Below are positions 21,581-31,006 of a DNA stretch of 64,000 bases, in pieces. The DNA lies in assembly GCA_965233865.1 (NCBI GenBank), contig OZ247587.1, positions 1,248,001 through 1,312,000 on the forward strand, read 5' to 3'. Position numbers and translations under genes: made by a program. Every line of letters begins with the position of its first letter. Position 1 is the first letter of the stretch. The notes beneath the pieces are model-generated. The model saw only the letters and a list, made by a program, of their open reading frames with translations. It made no database searches and was not told the origin of the DNA. The DNA comes from Candidatus Neptunichlamydia sp. (GTDB lineage: Bacteria > Chlamydiota > Chlamydiia > Chlamydiales > Simkaniaceae).

Positions 21581-22747
21581 ATGACATCACCAATAGGAAA
21601 TACAAGTGTAAATGTCTCAAGTAACTTACTAAATCAAAATATTAAAGAGCCTTTTTTATCATCTTTTGGCTCGTCATCAGATGGTCTTTTTCAAAGAGAA
21701 GGAGAGGAATTCAAAAGTACTCTTACTCTTCAAAGAGATGTTTCTCCCTCAAGATCACTAACTTCTTCTTCTTCAAATGGCATCTACAAGGACGATGGAG
21801 ACGCTGTTGTTGTGAATCCATTTTCTTCTTCAGCTATAAGTAGCGCACATATAGAGCAAATAAGAGCTATTGTACTTTTAGAAACAGATCCTTTGAAGGA
21901 GAAAGTGACAGTACTTGAATCTGAGAATAAAGCACTTCATGGAAGGTTCACGGTCGTTGAGACAGAAAACCAAGGGCTTAGGATTGAAAATGGTCAGCTG
22001 AAGGAAGAAATTACAACCGTTAGGGGTAAAAATGGTCAGCTAGAGGCAGAAGTTACAACCGTTAGGGATGAAAATGGAAAACTTGAGGCAGAAGTTACAA
22101 CCGTTAGGGATGAAAATGGAAAACTTGAGGCAGAAGTTACAACCGTTAGGGATGAAAATGGAAAACTTGAGGCAGAAGTTACAACCGTTAGGGATGAAAA
22201 TGGAAAACTTGAGGCAGAAGTTACAACCGTTAGGGATGAAAATAGAACACTTGAGGCAGAAGTTACAACCGTTAGGGATGAAAATAGAACACTTGAGGCA
22301 GAAGTTACAACCGTTAGGGATGAAAATAGAACACTTGAGGCAGAAGTTACAACCGTTAGGGATGAAAATAGAACACTTGGGGTAGAAAACATCCAACAAA
22401 GAGACGCTATACAAAGAATTGAAAGAGCAGTAAATGCTCCAGAAGAAAAGAAATATCTTACTCTAAGAGAACAAGTTTCTGAAATAGGCAATGCCATAAT
22501 TAATCCCGTGCCTGCCCGCAAGAATCCATTACTGGGAGCGGTGAAAGTTGTAGGTGGGGTAGTATCTATCATTGCTATCGACGCATTGACTGGAGCAGCA
22601 TTAGTGGGAGCTGGACCTATAGCGGGACCAGCGATCGTAGCAACATATGCGGCTACTTCTGTAGGGTCCTTAGGATTTTCAATAGTACATGCTATGGGAG
22701 TAGGAGTGGGCATCCAAGATCGAGTAACTGGAAATGTACCAAAGTAG
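21581..22747 (+). CDS. Coiled-coil repeat protein with C-terminal bilobed hydrophobic domain (Inc-like)
   Basis: SD AAGGAG before ATG 21581; Ser-rich N-terminus, 14-aa repeats, ~60-aa hydrophobic C-region. Confidence 0.7.
   Translation: MTSPIGNTSVNVSSNLLNQNIKEPFLSSFGSSSDGLFQREGEEFKSTLTLQRDVSPSRSLTSSSSNGIYKDDGDAVVVNPFSSSAISSAHIEQIRAIVLLETDPLKEKVTVLESENKALHGRFTVVETENQGLRIENGQLKEEITTVRGKNGQLEAEVTTVRDENGKLEAEVTTVRDENGKLEAEVTTVRDENGKLEAEVTTVRDENGKLEAEVTTVRDENRTLEAEVTTVRDENRTLEAEVTTVRDENRTLEAEVTTVRDENRTLGVENIQQRDAIQRIERAVNAPEEKKYLTLREQVSEIGNAIINPVPARKNPLLGAVKVVGGVVSIIAIDALTGAALVGAGPIAGPAIVATYAATSVGSLGFSIVHAMGVGVGIQDRVTGNVPK
22001..22378 (+). repeat. 42-bp coding tandem repeat, 9 units
   Basis: GAGGCAGAAGTTACAACCGTTAGGGATGAAAATGGAAAACTT: one degenerate unit, 4x EAEVTTVRDENGKL, 4x EAEVTTVRDENRTL. 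Confidence 0.97.
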
Positions 22748-22750
22748 GTT

Positions 22751-23896
22751 ATGATGTTAGCAATTACGACTTTTTCACAGCCTCCAGAACTCTTTAAGTG
22801 CCTAATTTGCTTAGATCCTATGGAAGAAAATGCTTGTTCATCAGCTAGGTGCAAGCACTCCTTTCATAAGATATGCATAGAGGATTGGCTGAAGGAAAAT
22901 AACAATTGTCCAGCTTGTAGAACGGATAGACTAAGCAAAACCCTTTTTGTAGATAACAAGGAGATTGCTAGCGAATATCATAAGTGGAAAGATAATCCAG
23001 TAGTGTATGTTGTTCCTCAAGAAGACTCTGACTCAATAAGGCCTCCATCTCTAAGGGGGCCTGGTTGGCAACGAGATCTTTCAGCAAAAGAGGCTGTAGC
23101 GCATTTAAATGAAAGGCTAGATGACAATTGCTCTACTTCTGAAAGGAGAAAAAATGCTAATGAAGCTTTTGATGCTTTGAAGAAGGAGAGCGATGAGATC
23201 AAAAAAGATCAACAAAACATACGTAAAGATCTTATAGACATACGTAAAGATCAACAAAACATACGTAAAGGTCAAGAAAACATACGTAAAGGTCAAAAAA
23301 CCATAAGCGAAGATCTTATAGACATACGTAAAGATCAACAAAACATACGTAAAGATCTTATAGACATACGTAAAGATCAACAAAACATACGTAAAGATCT
23401 TATAGACATACGTAAAGATCAACAAAACATACGTAAAGATCTTATAGACATACGTAAAGATCAACAAAACATACGTAAAGGTCAAGAAAACATACGTAAA
23501 GGTCAAGAAAACATACGTAAAGGTCAAGAAAACATATGTAAAGGTCAACAAAACATACGTAAAGATCTTATAGACATACGTAAAGATCAACAAAACATAC
23601 GTAAGGGTCAACGTGAAAATGCAGTCTCCATTGAAAAGCTAAATAAACGCTTTGGGATACGGCCTGATCAACCACCAATGTCTTCGTCCTTCTCTTCTCA
23701 GGGATTAACGTCAGAATCTTCAACCCCATCTACACCTCCCCAAAGAATCAGCCCTATTAGAAAACAGCAATCGACTTCAGCACCACCGAACATACTGAGT
23801 CATAGAACTGTTAGAATATTTTTATTGGGTATGATAGCGGGTGCCTGTACGAGGATTGTATGGAAAGTATTAGAGAGATTCAAAAGCAGAAGGTGA
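22751..23896 (+). CDS. RING-H2 E3-ligase-like protein with heptad repeats and C-terminal TM
   Basis: CLIC...CKHSFHKIC...W...CPAC (C3H2C3); tail IFLLGMIAGACTRIVW. Confidence 0.85.
   Translation: MMLAITTFSQPPELFKCLICLDPMEENACSSARCKHSFHKICIEDWLKENNNCPACRTDRLSKTLFVDNKEIASEYHKWKDNPVVYVVPQEDSDSIRPPSLRGPGWQRDLSAKEAVAHLNERLDDNCSTSERRKNANEAFDALKKESDEIKKDQQNIRKDLIDIRKDQQNIRKGQENIRKGQKTISEDLIDIRKDQQNIRKDLIDIRKDQQNIRKDLIDIRKDQQNIRKDLIDIRKDQQNIRKGQENIRKGQENIRKGQENICKGQQNIRKDLIDIRKDQQNIRKGQRENAVSIEKLNKRFGIRPDQPPMSSSFSSQGLTSESSTPSTPPQRISPIRKQQSTSAPPNILSHRTVRIFLLGMIAGACTRIVWKVLERFKSRR
23198..23617 (+). repeat. 21-bp coding tandem repeat, ~20 heptads
   Basis: Units encode IRKDQQN / IRKDLID / IRKGQEN. Confidence 0.95.
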
Positions 23897-23981
23897 TAAA
23901 TAATAAAATTATCTGAATTTGAAAATTACCTTCGTGCGCAAATCCGCCTGATCAAGAATAAAAAAAGAATGCTTTTTAGGG

Positions 23982-24313
23982 GTGGCGTCTATTGTTGCTA
24001 TCGATGCATTGGCAGGATCAGCACTCGTTGGAGCAGGAACTATAGCAGGACCAGTGATCGTAGTAACATCTGTGGCTGCTTTTGCAGGGGCCTTTACATT
24101 TTCAGTTGTAAATTCTATAGGAGCAGGAGTGGGTATCCAATCTAGAATAACAGGAAATGTACTAAAGTAGGTTATGATGTTAGCAATTACGACTTTTTCA
24201 CAGCCTCCAGAACTCTTTAAGTGCCTAATTTGCTTAGATCCTATGGAAGAAAATGCTTGTTCATCAGCTAGGTGCAAGCACTCCTTTCATAAGATATGCA
24301 TAGAGGATTGGCT
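23982..24313 (+). pseudogene. Truncated duplicate of the Inc-like/RING-H2 gene junction
   Basis: Diverged copy of 22560-22747, then an identical copy of 22748-22890 that ends at IEDWL. Confidence 0.85.
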
Positions 24314-24487
24314 GATGGTATCAACAAGGCAAGAGAGAATGGTGTGCAGTTTGGTCGCAGATCTAAGATGAATAAAGAGGAGATCAAAGAACTCAAAGAG
24401 AAGCGAAAGACAATGATGATCAAAGAGCTAATGAAAGAGTATGGACTATCAAAGTCAAGCGTCTACAAGTACCTGAGTAGAGCCTAG
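24310..24487 (+). pseudogene. Serine recombinase (resolvase) C-terminal fragment
   Basis: GINKARENGVQFGRR...IKELMKEYGLSKSSVYKYL: arm plus HTH. Confidence 0.75.
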
Positions 24488-24521
24488 ACCTCAAAGGGAC
24501 CCAGAACCTAGTGGTCGTCGC

Positions 24522-24723
24522 AAAGGGGGGCCACCCCTAAAAAGCATTCTTTTTTTATTCTTGATCAAGGTGATTTACGCACGAAGGGGATTTTCAAAAT
24601 ACGTGTTATTCCTATCATGATATACTCTCTGCATTTCTACATGAAAAATTTTTTAAAAAAGCAAAAATTCATTCCACGATTCAGTGCAAAATGTGTTATA
24701 ATAGACACAAGGAGAACAAGATG
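24522..24723 (+). promoter_or_regulatory. Type-A ~200-bp cassette promoter block
   Basis: Repeated at 26342-26542, inverted at 41590-41790, partial at 21329-21439 and 23918-23986. TG-T-TATAAT at 24694-24702; SD AAGGAG. Confidence 0.8.
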
Positions 24724-25164
24724 TCCGTCATATTAAGCATTCAACAAAACATCCTTTATTTTGAAGAATCAATGCGTACTCAGCTCAAAACACAAGAATC
24801 CGAAATGAGAGAACAGCTCAAAACACAAGAGACTGAGATTCGGGCAGAGAAGGTGAAGAACATAACGAATACTAGGATAGTAGAAGAGCTCAGACCTCTT
24901 TGTGAGGAAGTGCCTCCTGATGCTCTAGATCCTGTTACTATGGAGCCTTTTGAAGAACCACTTTTATATGGATGCGGCCATGCTTTTGATCTGTCTACAA
25001 TTATGAATATAGCTAAAGCAAACCACTTAGGGCAACAGGATCTTCTAGAATGTCCGAAATGTAGGAAAAGTTATCGATTAAGAAGTTTTTTTACTCCTCT
25101 AAATTTAATAGGTTGCACAGATGCATTTAAAAGAATAAGTCAAGTTTTTAAGAGGCACAAATGA
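24721..25164 (+). CDS. U-box/SP-RING-like family protein, copy 3
   Basis: DALDPVTMEPF...CGH...CPKC. Confidence 0.85.
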   Translation: MSVILSIQQNILYFEESMRTQLKTQESEMREQLKTQETEIRAEKVKNITNTRIVEELRPLCEEVPPDALDPVTMEPFEEPLLYGCGHAFDLSTIMNIAKANHLGQQDLLECPKCRKSYRLRSFFTPLNLIGCTDAFKRISQVFKRHK

Positions 25165-26289
25165 GCTCAATTATCTCTGATTTTTCAATAGATCTAGACG
25201 ACTTTTTATCTAAAATGCAAACTCGCTTATCTGATAATAAAATTAGTCATGACGAGTATAAAAACACTCTTGAAAATGAAGAGAAAAGAAGGCTTGCTTA
25301 CAATAGGAGTCTTTATGAAGCCCTTATGTATCCGCCAGACTCTGTATCTCAGTCTAGCCTTGAAGCGTCTGTTCCAAGATCAACAAAAGATCAAGATTAT
25401 CAAACATTTAATAAAAAGATGCTTGATCGATCAGAGAATGGAGAAATCAGTCACGAAGAGTACAAAGATGAAATATTGAAAGAATTTGAACGAAGAAGCG
25501 CTTACAGTAGGAGTCTTTATGAAGCTCTAGGGTACCCGCCAGAGCCTGCAAAAAGCAGAGGATAGAACTTTTGAAAGAACGGCTCTCAGGGAAGCTTTTG
25601 AAAATATGCCTAGAGAAGATTTAGCTACCGACAGGTTTGAAAGACAAAAAACTGAAATAGCGTTTAATCTACTCCCTCAAAGATCACAAAGTAGTGAACG
25701 AGAAACTCCACCCGATGAAGCTCTATACTACAACGATCTCGAATGGGAGCCAATTAACACGGACCGACTAGAACAAACTCAATTTGCTGACTGGCTTCAC
25801 GGAAACTCCGATTACAAACCGAATAAGATGAATTGTTATGAAGGTGTTTGCTACGACCTTCTTTCAAGAGAAAAACTAGATAAAGAAAAGCTCAGAGAAA
25901 GGCTTACGGCTGATTTTCCGGGGGAAGAAAAGAGACCAACGGTCGGTCGCGCATATTCAGACAGTCTATTAAGTGTGCTTGACCCTAAGGATACTCGAAA
26001 AACCGTTAGCTATGATGACGTGCAATCTGGAAAACACAATATTCCTGCTGGATCTGTTATATTTGCAAACGACGAAAGTCCAAGAGACCATGTTTTCATG
26101 ACAAGAACTGGAGAGAGTAATCCAGTACGTTCTTTATGGAGTAAAAACCGGGGAAGCGGTAATTTTTCCAGAAGTTGGCTAAAAGACGTTGTAGATGAAT
26201 TTTACAAAGGGAAAGGAATGGATGGAAAAGAAACAACTCTTCTCTACAACACAGCCTTTGCAGATCCTGTTCTTCAACAAATGCGATAA
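25161..26289 (+). pseudogene. Partner effector with Cys-His domain, split by a probable 1-nt frameshift at ~25550
   Basis: ATGA-coupled to copy 3; internal repeat ISHxEYK...AYxRSLYEALxYPP twice. Removing one A from the A5 run joins it to 25606-26289 (NCYEGVCY...DHVF...SLWS). Confidence 0.6.
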
Positions 26290-26341
26290 TTTGAACTAAA
26301 TTCACATTAAAACATTCCAAATCCCAACTAGTTACCCTTAA

Positions 26342-26542
26342 AAAGGGGGCCACCCCTAAAAAGCATTCTTTTTTTATTGTTGATCAAGCTGATTTACGCA
26401 CGAATGAAAAATTCAAAATACGTGTTATTCCTCTCATGATATACTCCCTGCATTTCTACATGAAAAGTTTTTTAAAAACACAAGAATTCATGCCACGATT
26501 CAGTGCAAAATGTGTTATAATAGACACAAGGAGAACAAGATG
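26342..26542 (+). promoter_or_regulatory. Type-A cassette promoter block
   Basis: Near-identical to 24522-24723. Confidence 0.8.
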
Positions 26543-26947
26543 AGCATATCAATCACACCAAAAAACAGCAATACCGTCGCAACACAAACAATGTCGATTG
26601 ATGAATTGTTTGAAGAGAGATATAAAGAACGACAGACAAGAGATAGCAAGATTGTTGAAGAACTAAGGCCTTTGTGCGAAGAACTACCTCCAGATGCTCT
26701 AGATCCTGTGACTATGGAGCCTTTTACACTAGAGAACATTCCATTAGTCTTCAAATGCGGGCATGTATTTAATAAAGAGACAATTAAATCTCTAATCGCG
26801 AATAACCCTGAAAAAAATTCAGGAATATCATGTGCTGTCTGCAAAGAAAAAATTTTTAAAAACCACATATCAGAATGCGTTCCTCTTGAGGGGTTAGTGG
26901 GACACAACAAAAAAATAAACAGAGTCTTTAAAAAATATGCCGAGTAA
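26540..26947 (+). CDS. U-box/SP-RING-like family protein, copy 4
   Basis: DALDPVTMEPF...CGH...CAVC. Confidence 0.85.
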   Translation: MSISITPKNSNTVATQTMSIDELFEERYKERQTRDSKIVEELRPLCEELPPDALDPVTMEPFTLENIPLVFKCGHVFNKETIKSLIANNPEKNSGISCAVCKEKIFKNHISECVPLEGLVGHNKKINRVFKKYAE

Positions 26948-27932
26948 TTATAGAAAAGAGCAGTTTGCTAGATATGATCCAGAAATGGGAGACCAGCCTA
27001 TTGATATGGCAAAGTGGATGGCAACGCTTAGGGAATATTCACACAGGCCAGTACCTCCTCCACCTCCTCGACCTACTTCAACTATCTATAAAACACCCAT
27101 GCCTACAAAAAATGCACCGGACTATGATTCAGATGAGGAACCAAGTCGTAATATTGGTTTTCCCTATGGATATGATGCAAGCTTAGAGCTAGAAGACTCT
27201 AAAAAGAATTTATTCGATTCATTGAGTGGAGGAAAAGGAAGAGGGAGAGTTTCAGATTTAGATTTGTTAATAGGTGACCGATCTCCAAGAAATAGAAACA
27301 GAATCCAAGGTTTAGAGTTACAGGATGAACCAGGAACACCATTCACAAACCCAGATGACTCTGAATATTACAAGAACGTAGCCTGGGGTCCTATTGCTGA
27401 CCATGAAGATTATTCCTCCAGACCGTTTGGAAGGTGGGTTACAGACGAGTATGGAAGTGACCATAACAGCGAAAAAGGCTCAAAACCAAAGACGATGAAC
27501 TGTGCTGAAGGGGTTTGCTATGACTTAATCTCAAGAGGCAAGCTGAAAAAAGAAGAAGTACAAGAACGCCTTCAAAGAGCTACAGAACCTGGAAAATACA
27601 GCCTTTCCTATGGTGAAAGGCTTATAGATGTTTTAAATCCTCCTGGAAATCGTGGCGAAATCGACTATAATAAATTACAAGACTTTGATCTTCCAGATGG
27701 GACAACTGTTTTTGCCAATGAAGACAGGCCAGAAGACCATGTTTTTATAACGAGAAAAGGAAATAATTACCCAGTACGCTCTCTTTGGAGCTCAGTAAAA
27801 GGCGATGGGAAATTCTCAAAAAGCTGGTTAGAAGATGTGATGAAGACATTTCAAGGAATTCAAGAGAATGATGAAAGGGGAGAACAGATACAACCAACTA
27901 GGCTAGGCTATAACACAGCTTTTGCAGGTTAA
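26937..27932 (+). CDS. Partner effector with Pro-rich N-terminus and putative Cys-His (papain-like) domain
   Basis: PVPPPPPRP; MNCAEGVCYDL...DHVFIT...VRSLWS...YNTAFA; overlaps copy 4. Confidence 0.65.
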   Translation: MPSNYRKEQFARYDPEMGDQPIDMAKWMATLREYSHRPVPPPPPRPTSTIYKTPMPTKNAPDYDSDEEPSRNIGFPYGYDASLELEDSKKNLFDSLSGGKGRGRVSDLDLLIGDRSPRNRNRIQGLELQDEPGTPFTNPDDSEYYKNVAWGPIADHEDYSSRPFGRWVTDEYGSDHNSEKGSKPKTMNCAEGVCYDLISRGKLKKEEVQERLQRATEPGKYSLSYGERLIDVLNPPGNRGEIDYNKLQDFDLPDGTTVFANEDRPEDHVFITRKGNNYPVRSLWSSVKGDGKFSKSWLEDVMKTFQGIQENDERGEQIQPTRLGYNTAFAG

Positions 27933-27949
27933 ACCCTAAGGAGAACAAT

Positions 27950-28417
27950 ATGTCAGCCATAGCAAGTATTCAGAACAACACTATTTACTTTGAACAGTTC
28001 GTCCGAGATCAGCTTAAAACACAAGAATCTGAAATGCGGGAAGAGAAGGTGAAGAACACGACGAATACTAGGATGATTGAAGAACTCAGACCTCTTTGTG
28101 AGGAGGTTCCTAATGATGCTAGGGATCCAGTCAGTATGGAGCCATTTAAGTCTCCTGGATTGTACAGCTGTGGCCATTCTTTAGACATATCTACTATATT
28201 AAATATAGCGAGGATAAATGGTTTAGCTCAAGATTCTCTGATTGAGTGTCCTCAGTGCAGAAGAAAGTCTCCAGTTAAAAGTGCGATTAGCCCGGTAAAC
28301 CTAATGGGTTGCGTAGAAGTATTCAATAAAATAGAAAAAATATTTAAGGAAAATCAGCAAAATGAGCGGCTCAAATCATCCATCCTCACTTTCGAAAGAA
28401 GATCTAAAAGCACTTAA
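27950..28417 (+). CDS. U-box/SP-RING-like family protein, copy 5
   Basis: DARDPVSMEPF...CGH...CPQC; SD AAGGAG. Confidence 0.85.
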   Translation: MSAIASIQNNTIYFEQFVRDQLKTQESEMREEKVKNTTNTRMIEELRPLCEEVPNDARDPVSMEPFKSPGLYSCGHSLDISTILNIARINGLAQDSLIECPQCRRKSPVKSAISPVNLMGCVEVFNKIEKIFKENQQNERLKSSILTFERRSKST

Positions 28418-28745
28418 TGCTTATCGATCGGTTCGTGGCAACAAAGGATATTCCCCAGGATTTTATAGATACGGACAAAGTCCAGAAAAATTCGGAAAAT
28501 TGCTTTCAGAACAAAGAGAAGTTCTTAAAAATAGGGATGGTACATCGTCAAGCAACCTCCATCCTTTTAAAAAGCCTAGTCCAGAGGAAGCGAATTGGTA
28601 CTTATGGAATGGGGAGAAGTCTTGGCATATTGGAAATCTTTCTTTAGAAGAACAGACAAATTATCCAGAAAGGGGCATATACAACAGCACAGGCCTTATT
28701 GAAGCAATAGAAACCGGAATGAGCGGAGACTTGAAGCTCTGCTAA
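28362..28745 (+). pseudogene. Chimeric ORF: partner N-terminus fused in frame to the Imm26-like C-terminus
   Basis: MSGSNHP...GYSPGFY, then from ~28566 identical to the C-terminus of 18187-18732. Confidence 0.8.
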
Positions 28746-28873
28746 AACATCAATAACTGCCCATTGCCGCTATCGTCTTCTCTTATGAATAAATCCTTCT
28801 GATCATCGAATCTTAGATCTAAAGATTCCTGAAGTTTTTGTAGCATTTCATTATCAGTTAGCATACTAGAGGC

Positions 28874-29176
28874 TCAGTTTTCTTTGGGTTCTTCGTCTTT
28901 AGTTTCCTCAAAGTGAAATACCTTCTTTGGGACTAGATACCCTTCAATCGTAGAGAGTCTTTGGCTTGTTTCATGTTTAAAGTCATCGATTCTTTGATTG
29001 ATGTTTTTAACTTCAACTTCCATGGCAGTTAGACGGTTTTCTATGCCATTAAAGCGATTATCTATTGCAGTAAAGCGGGTATTGTTTTCTTTTTGATGGG
29101 AGTCCAATTTGTTCATCATGTAGATAAACCCACCAATGAAAACTCCTATAACAGTAAGTGCTTGCGTCCAGTCCAT
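28874..29176 (-). CDS. Small TM + coiled-coil protein, copy 2
   Basis: MDWTQALTVIG...; one extra heptad (TAIDNRF). Confidence 0.75.
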   Translation of the reverse strand: MDWTQALTVIGVFIGGFIYMMNKLDSHQKENNTRFTAIDNRFNGIENRLTAMEVEVKNINQRIDDFKHETSQRLSTIEGYLVPKKVFHFEETKDEEPKEN

Positions 29177-29366
29177 GATTATCATCCATTGTTTTTGTTT
29201 AATTCTTATTTTATCCCTTTGTAGCTTTACCAGCAAATATAAATCCAGTAAACAGCAAGCGTTGAATTTTTATGAAACGAAGGTCTAAAATATTTTTGAT
29301 TTTGAACGATTTCATGCAAGCATCTCGTGCAATGTATGTTATAATAAAGGTAAGAGGATAAACAAG
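29177..29366. promoter_or_regulatory. Type-B divergent promoter block
   Basis: Repeated at 30355-30544 and 34699-34888, and IS3-split at 16308-17776; TATGTTATAATAAAGGTAAGAGGATAAACAAGATG. Confidence 0.8.
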
Positions 29367-29831
29367 ATGACAGCCATATTAAGCATTCAGAATAACACCA
29401 TTTACTTTGAAGGATTCATTCGAGAGCAACTCAAAACTCAAGAAAACGAAGCAAGGGCAGAGCTGAAAGATCGAGAGGTTGAAATGCAAGGAATGCAGAA
29501 GAACCTAGAGTCCATAAAAGCTCAAAAGACAATGAACGATAGGATAGTTGAGGAATTGCGACCTCTTTGCGAAGAACTGCCTCCTGATGCTCTAGATCCT
29601 GTTACTATGGAGCCTATAGACAGGTGTATGGTATTAAGATGCGGACACTCTTTAAATATAACAACCATTGTCAGTTTAGCAAAATCCAATGGCTTATGTC
29701 AGCAAGATGCAATGGAATGCCCCATGTGTAAGGTAAAAACACCTCTAAAGCAAGCATATACATGCTATTCCTTAGATCATTGTTCTAGAAATTTTCAAAG
29801 AATAAATAAGGTTTTTCAATCTCATGTCTAA
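29367..29831 (+). CDS. U-box/SP-RING-like family protein, copy 6
   Basis: DALDPVTMEPI...CGH...CPMC. Confidence 0.85.
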   Translation: MTAILSIQNNTIYFEGFIREQLKTQENEARAELKDREVEMQGMQKNLESIKAQKTMNDRIVEELRPLCEELPPDALDPVTMEPIDRCMVLRCGHSLNITTIVSLAKSNGLCQQDAMECPMCKVKTPLKQAYTCYSLDHCSRNFQRINKVFQSHV

Positions 29832-29967
29832 TCCTGCATTTTCACTCCCAGTTATCGACACCGAAGCCGAAGATTTAATAAATCAAATACCTACTGGAGC
29901 ATTTTCTTCTAAAACAAGAAGTTCAAGCTTACAAAGCGCTCTTACAAACCCAGATGACGCAAACTGA
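29824..29967 (+). pseudogene. Truncated partner gene (MSNPAFSLPVIDTE...)
   Basis: Overlaps the stop of copy 6 and ends exactly where the repeat CTGATCATCGAATCTTA begins. Confidence 0.6.
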
Positions 29968-30039
29968 TCATCGAATCTTAGCTCTAAAGATTCCTGAAGT
30001 TTTTGTAGCATTTCATTATCAGTTAGAATGATAGATGTC

Positions 30040-30354
30040 TTAGTTCTCTTTGGGTTCTTCGTCTTTAGTTTCCTCAAAGCGAAATACCTTCTTTGGGACT
30101 AGATGCCCTTCAATCGTAGAGAGTCTTTGGTTTGTTTCATGCTTAAAGTCATCGATTCTTTGATTGATGTTTTTGACCTCTACTTCCATGGCAGTTAGAC
30201 GGTTTTCTATGCCATTAAAGCGTGTGTTATTTTCTTTTTGATGAGACTCCATTTTTGTATCAGTGTCTTTCTTATTTGCGTCCATTTTGTTCATCATGTA
30301 GATAAACCCACCAATGAAAACTCCTATAACAGTAAGTGCTTGCGTCCAGTCCAT
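30040..30354 (-). CDS. Small TM + coiled-coil protein, copy 3
   Basis: MDWTQALTVIG... with an 11-aa insertion relative to copy 1. Confidence 0.75.
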   Translation of the reverse strand: MDWTQALTVIGVFIGGFIYMMNKMDANKKDTDTKMESHQKENNTRFNGIENRLTAMEVEVKNINQRIDDFKHETNQRLSTIEGHLVPKKVFRFEETKDEEPKEN

Positions 30355-30544
30355 GATTATCATCCATTGTTTTCGTTTAATTCTCATTTTAGCCCTTTGT
30401 AGCTTTACCAGCAAATATAAATCCAGTAAGCAGCAAGCGTTGAATTTTTATGAAACGAAGGTCTAAAATATTTTTGATTTTGAACGATTTCATTCAATGA
30501 TTCCGTGCAGAGTATGTTATAATAAAGGTAAGAGGATAAACAAG

Positions 30545-31006
30545 ATGACAGCCATATTAAGCATTCAGAATAACACCATTTACTTTGAAAAATTCATCCG
30601 CGAGCAACTCAAAACTCAAGAACTCGAAATGAGAGAGCAGTTGAGGTCTCAAGAAGTGGAAATGCGGGAAGTAAAAGCTCAAAAGACGTTGAATGATAAG
30701 ATCGTAGAAGAGCTAAGACCTCTTTGTGAGGAACTTCCTCCTGATGCGTTGGATCCTGTGACGTTGGAGCCTCTGCACCAACCATTGGTTACTGCATGCT
30801 GTCATACATTCAATCAATCAACACTAGAAAAAATAATGGGAATATCTGGTGGGTCTGAGGGAATAAAAAAAACGCAAGGGTTACCTTGCCCGATCTGTAG
30901 GTCGAAATTATCTCCTACATACGATACATTCCCATGTGCATCTATCATAGGAATGGTGAATTCTCTAGAAAGGATATCAGGGATTCTAAAAAAAGAGGGT
31001 GCATGA
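30545..31006 (+). CDS. U-box/SP-RING-like family protein, copy 7
   Basis: DALDPVTLEPL...CCH...CPIC. Confidence 0.85.
   Translation: MTAILSIQNNTIYFEKFIREQLKTQELEMREQLRSQEVEMREVKAQKTLNDKIVEELRPLCEELPPDALDPVTLEPLHQPLVTACCHTFNQSTLEKIMGISGGSEGIKKTQGLPCPICRSKLSPTYDTFPCASIIGMVNSLERISGILKKEGA

Noticed and set aside
22036..23611. Antisense and alternate-frame repeat ORFs (22036, 22040, 22068, 23117)
   Set aside because: They are shadows of stop-free tandem repeats.
22001..23617. Regular repeats as a CRISPR array
   Set aside because: Units are contiguous multiples of 3 within ORFs, with no unique spacers and no cas genes.
24691..24720. MCYNRHKENK-type N-terminal extensions in the ORF track (also 21361, 26510, 30497, 41637)
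   Set aside because: These translate the -10 box and SD; the true starts follow the SD.
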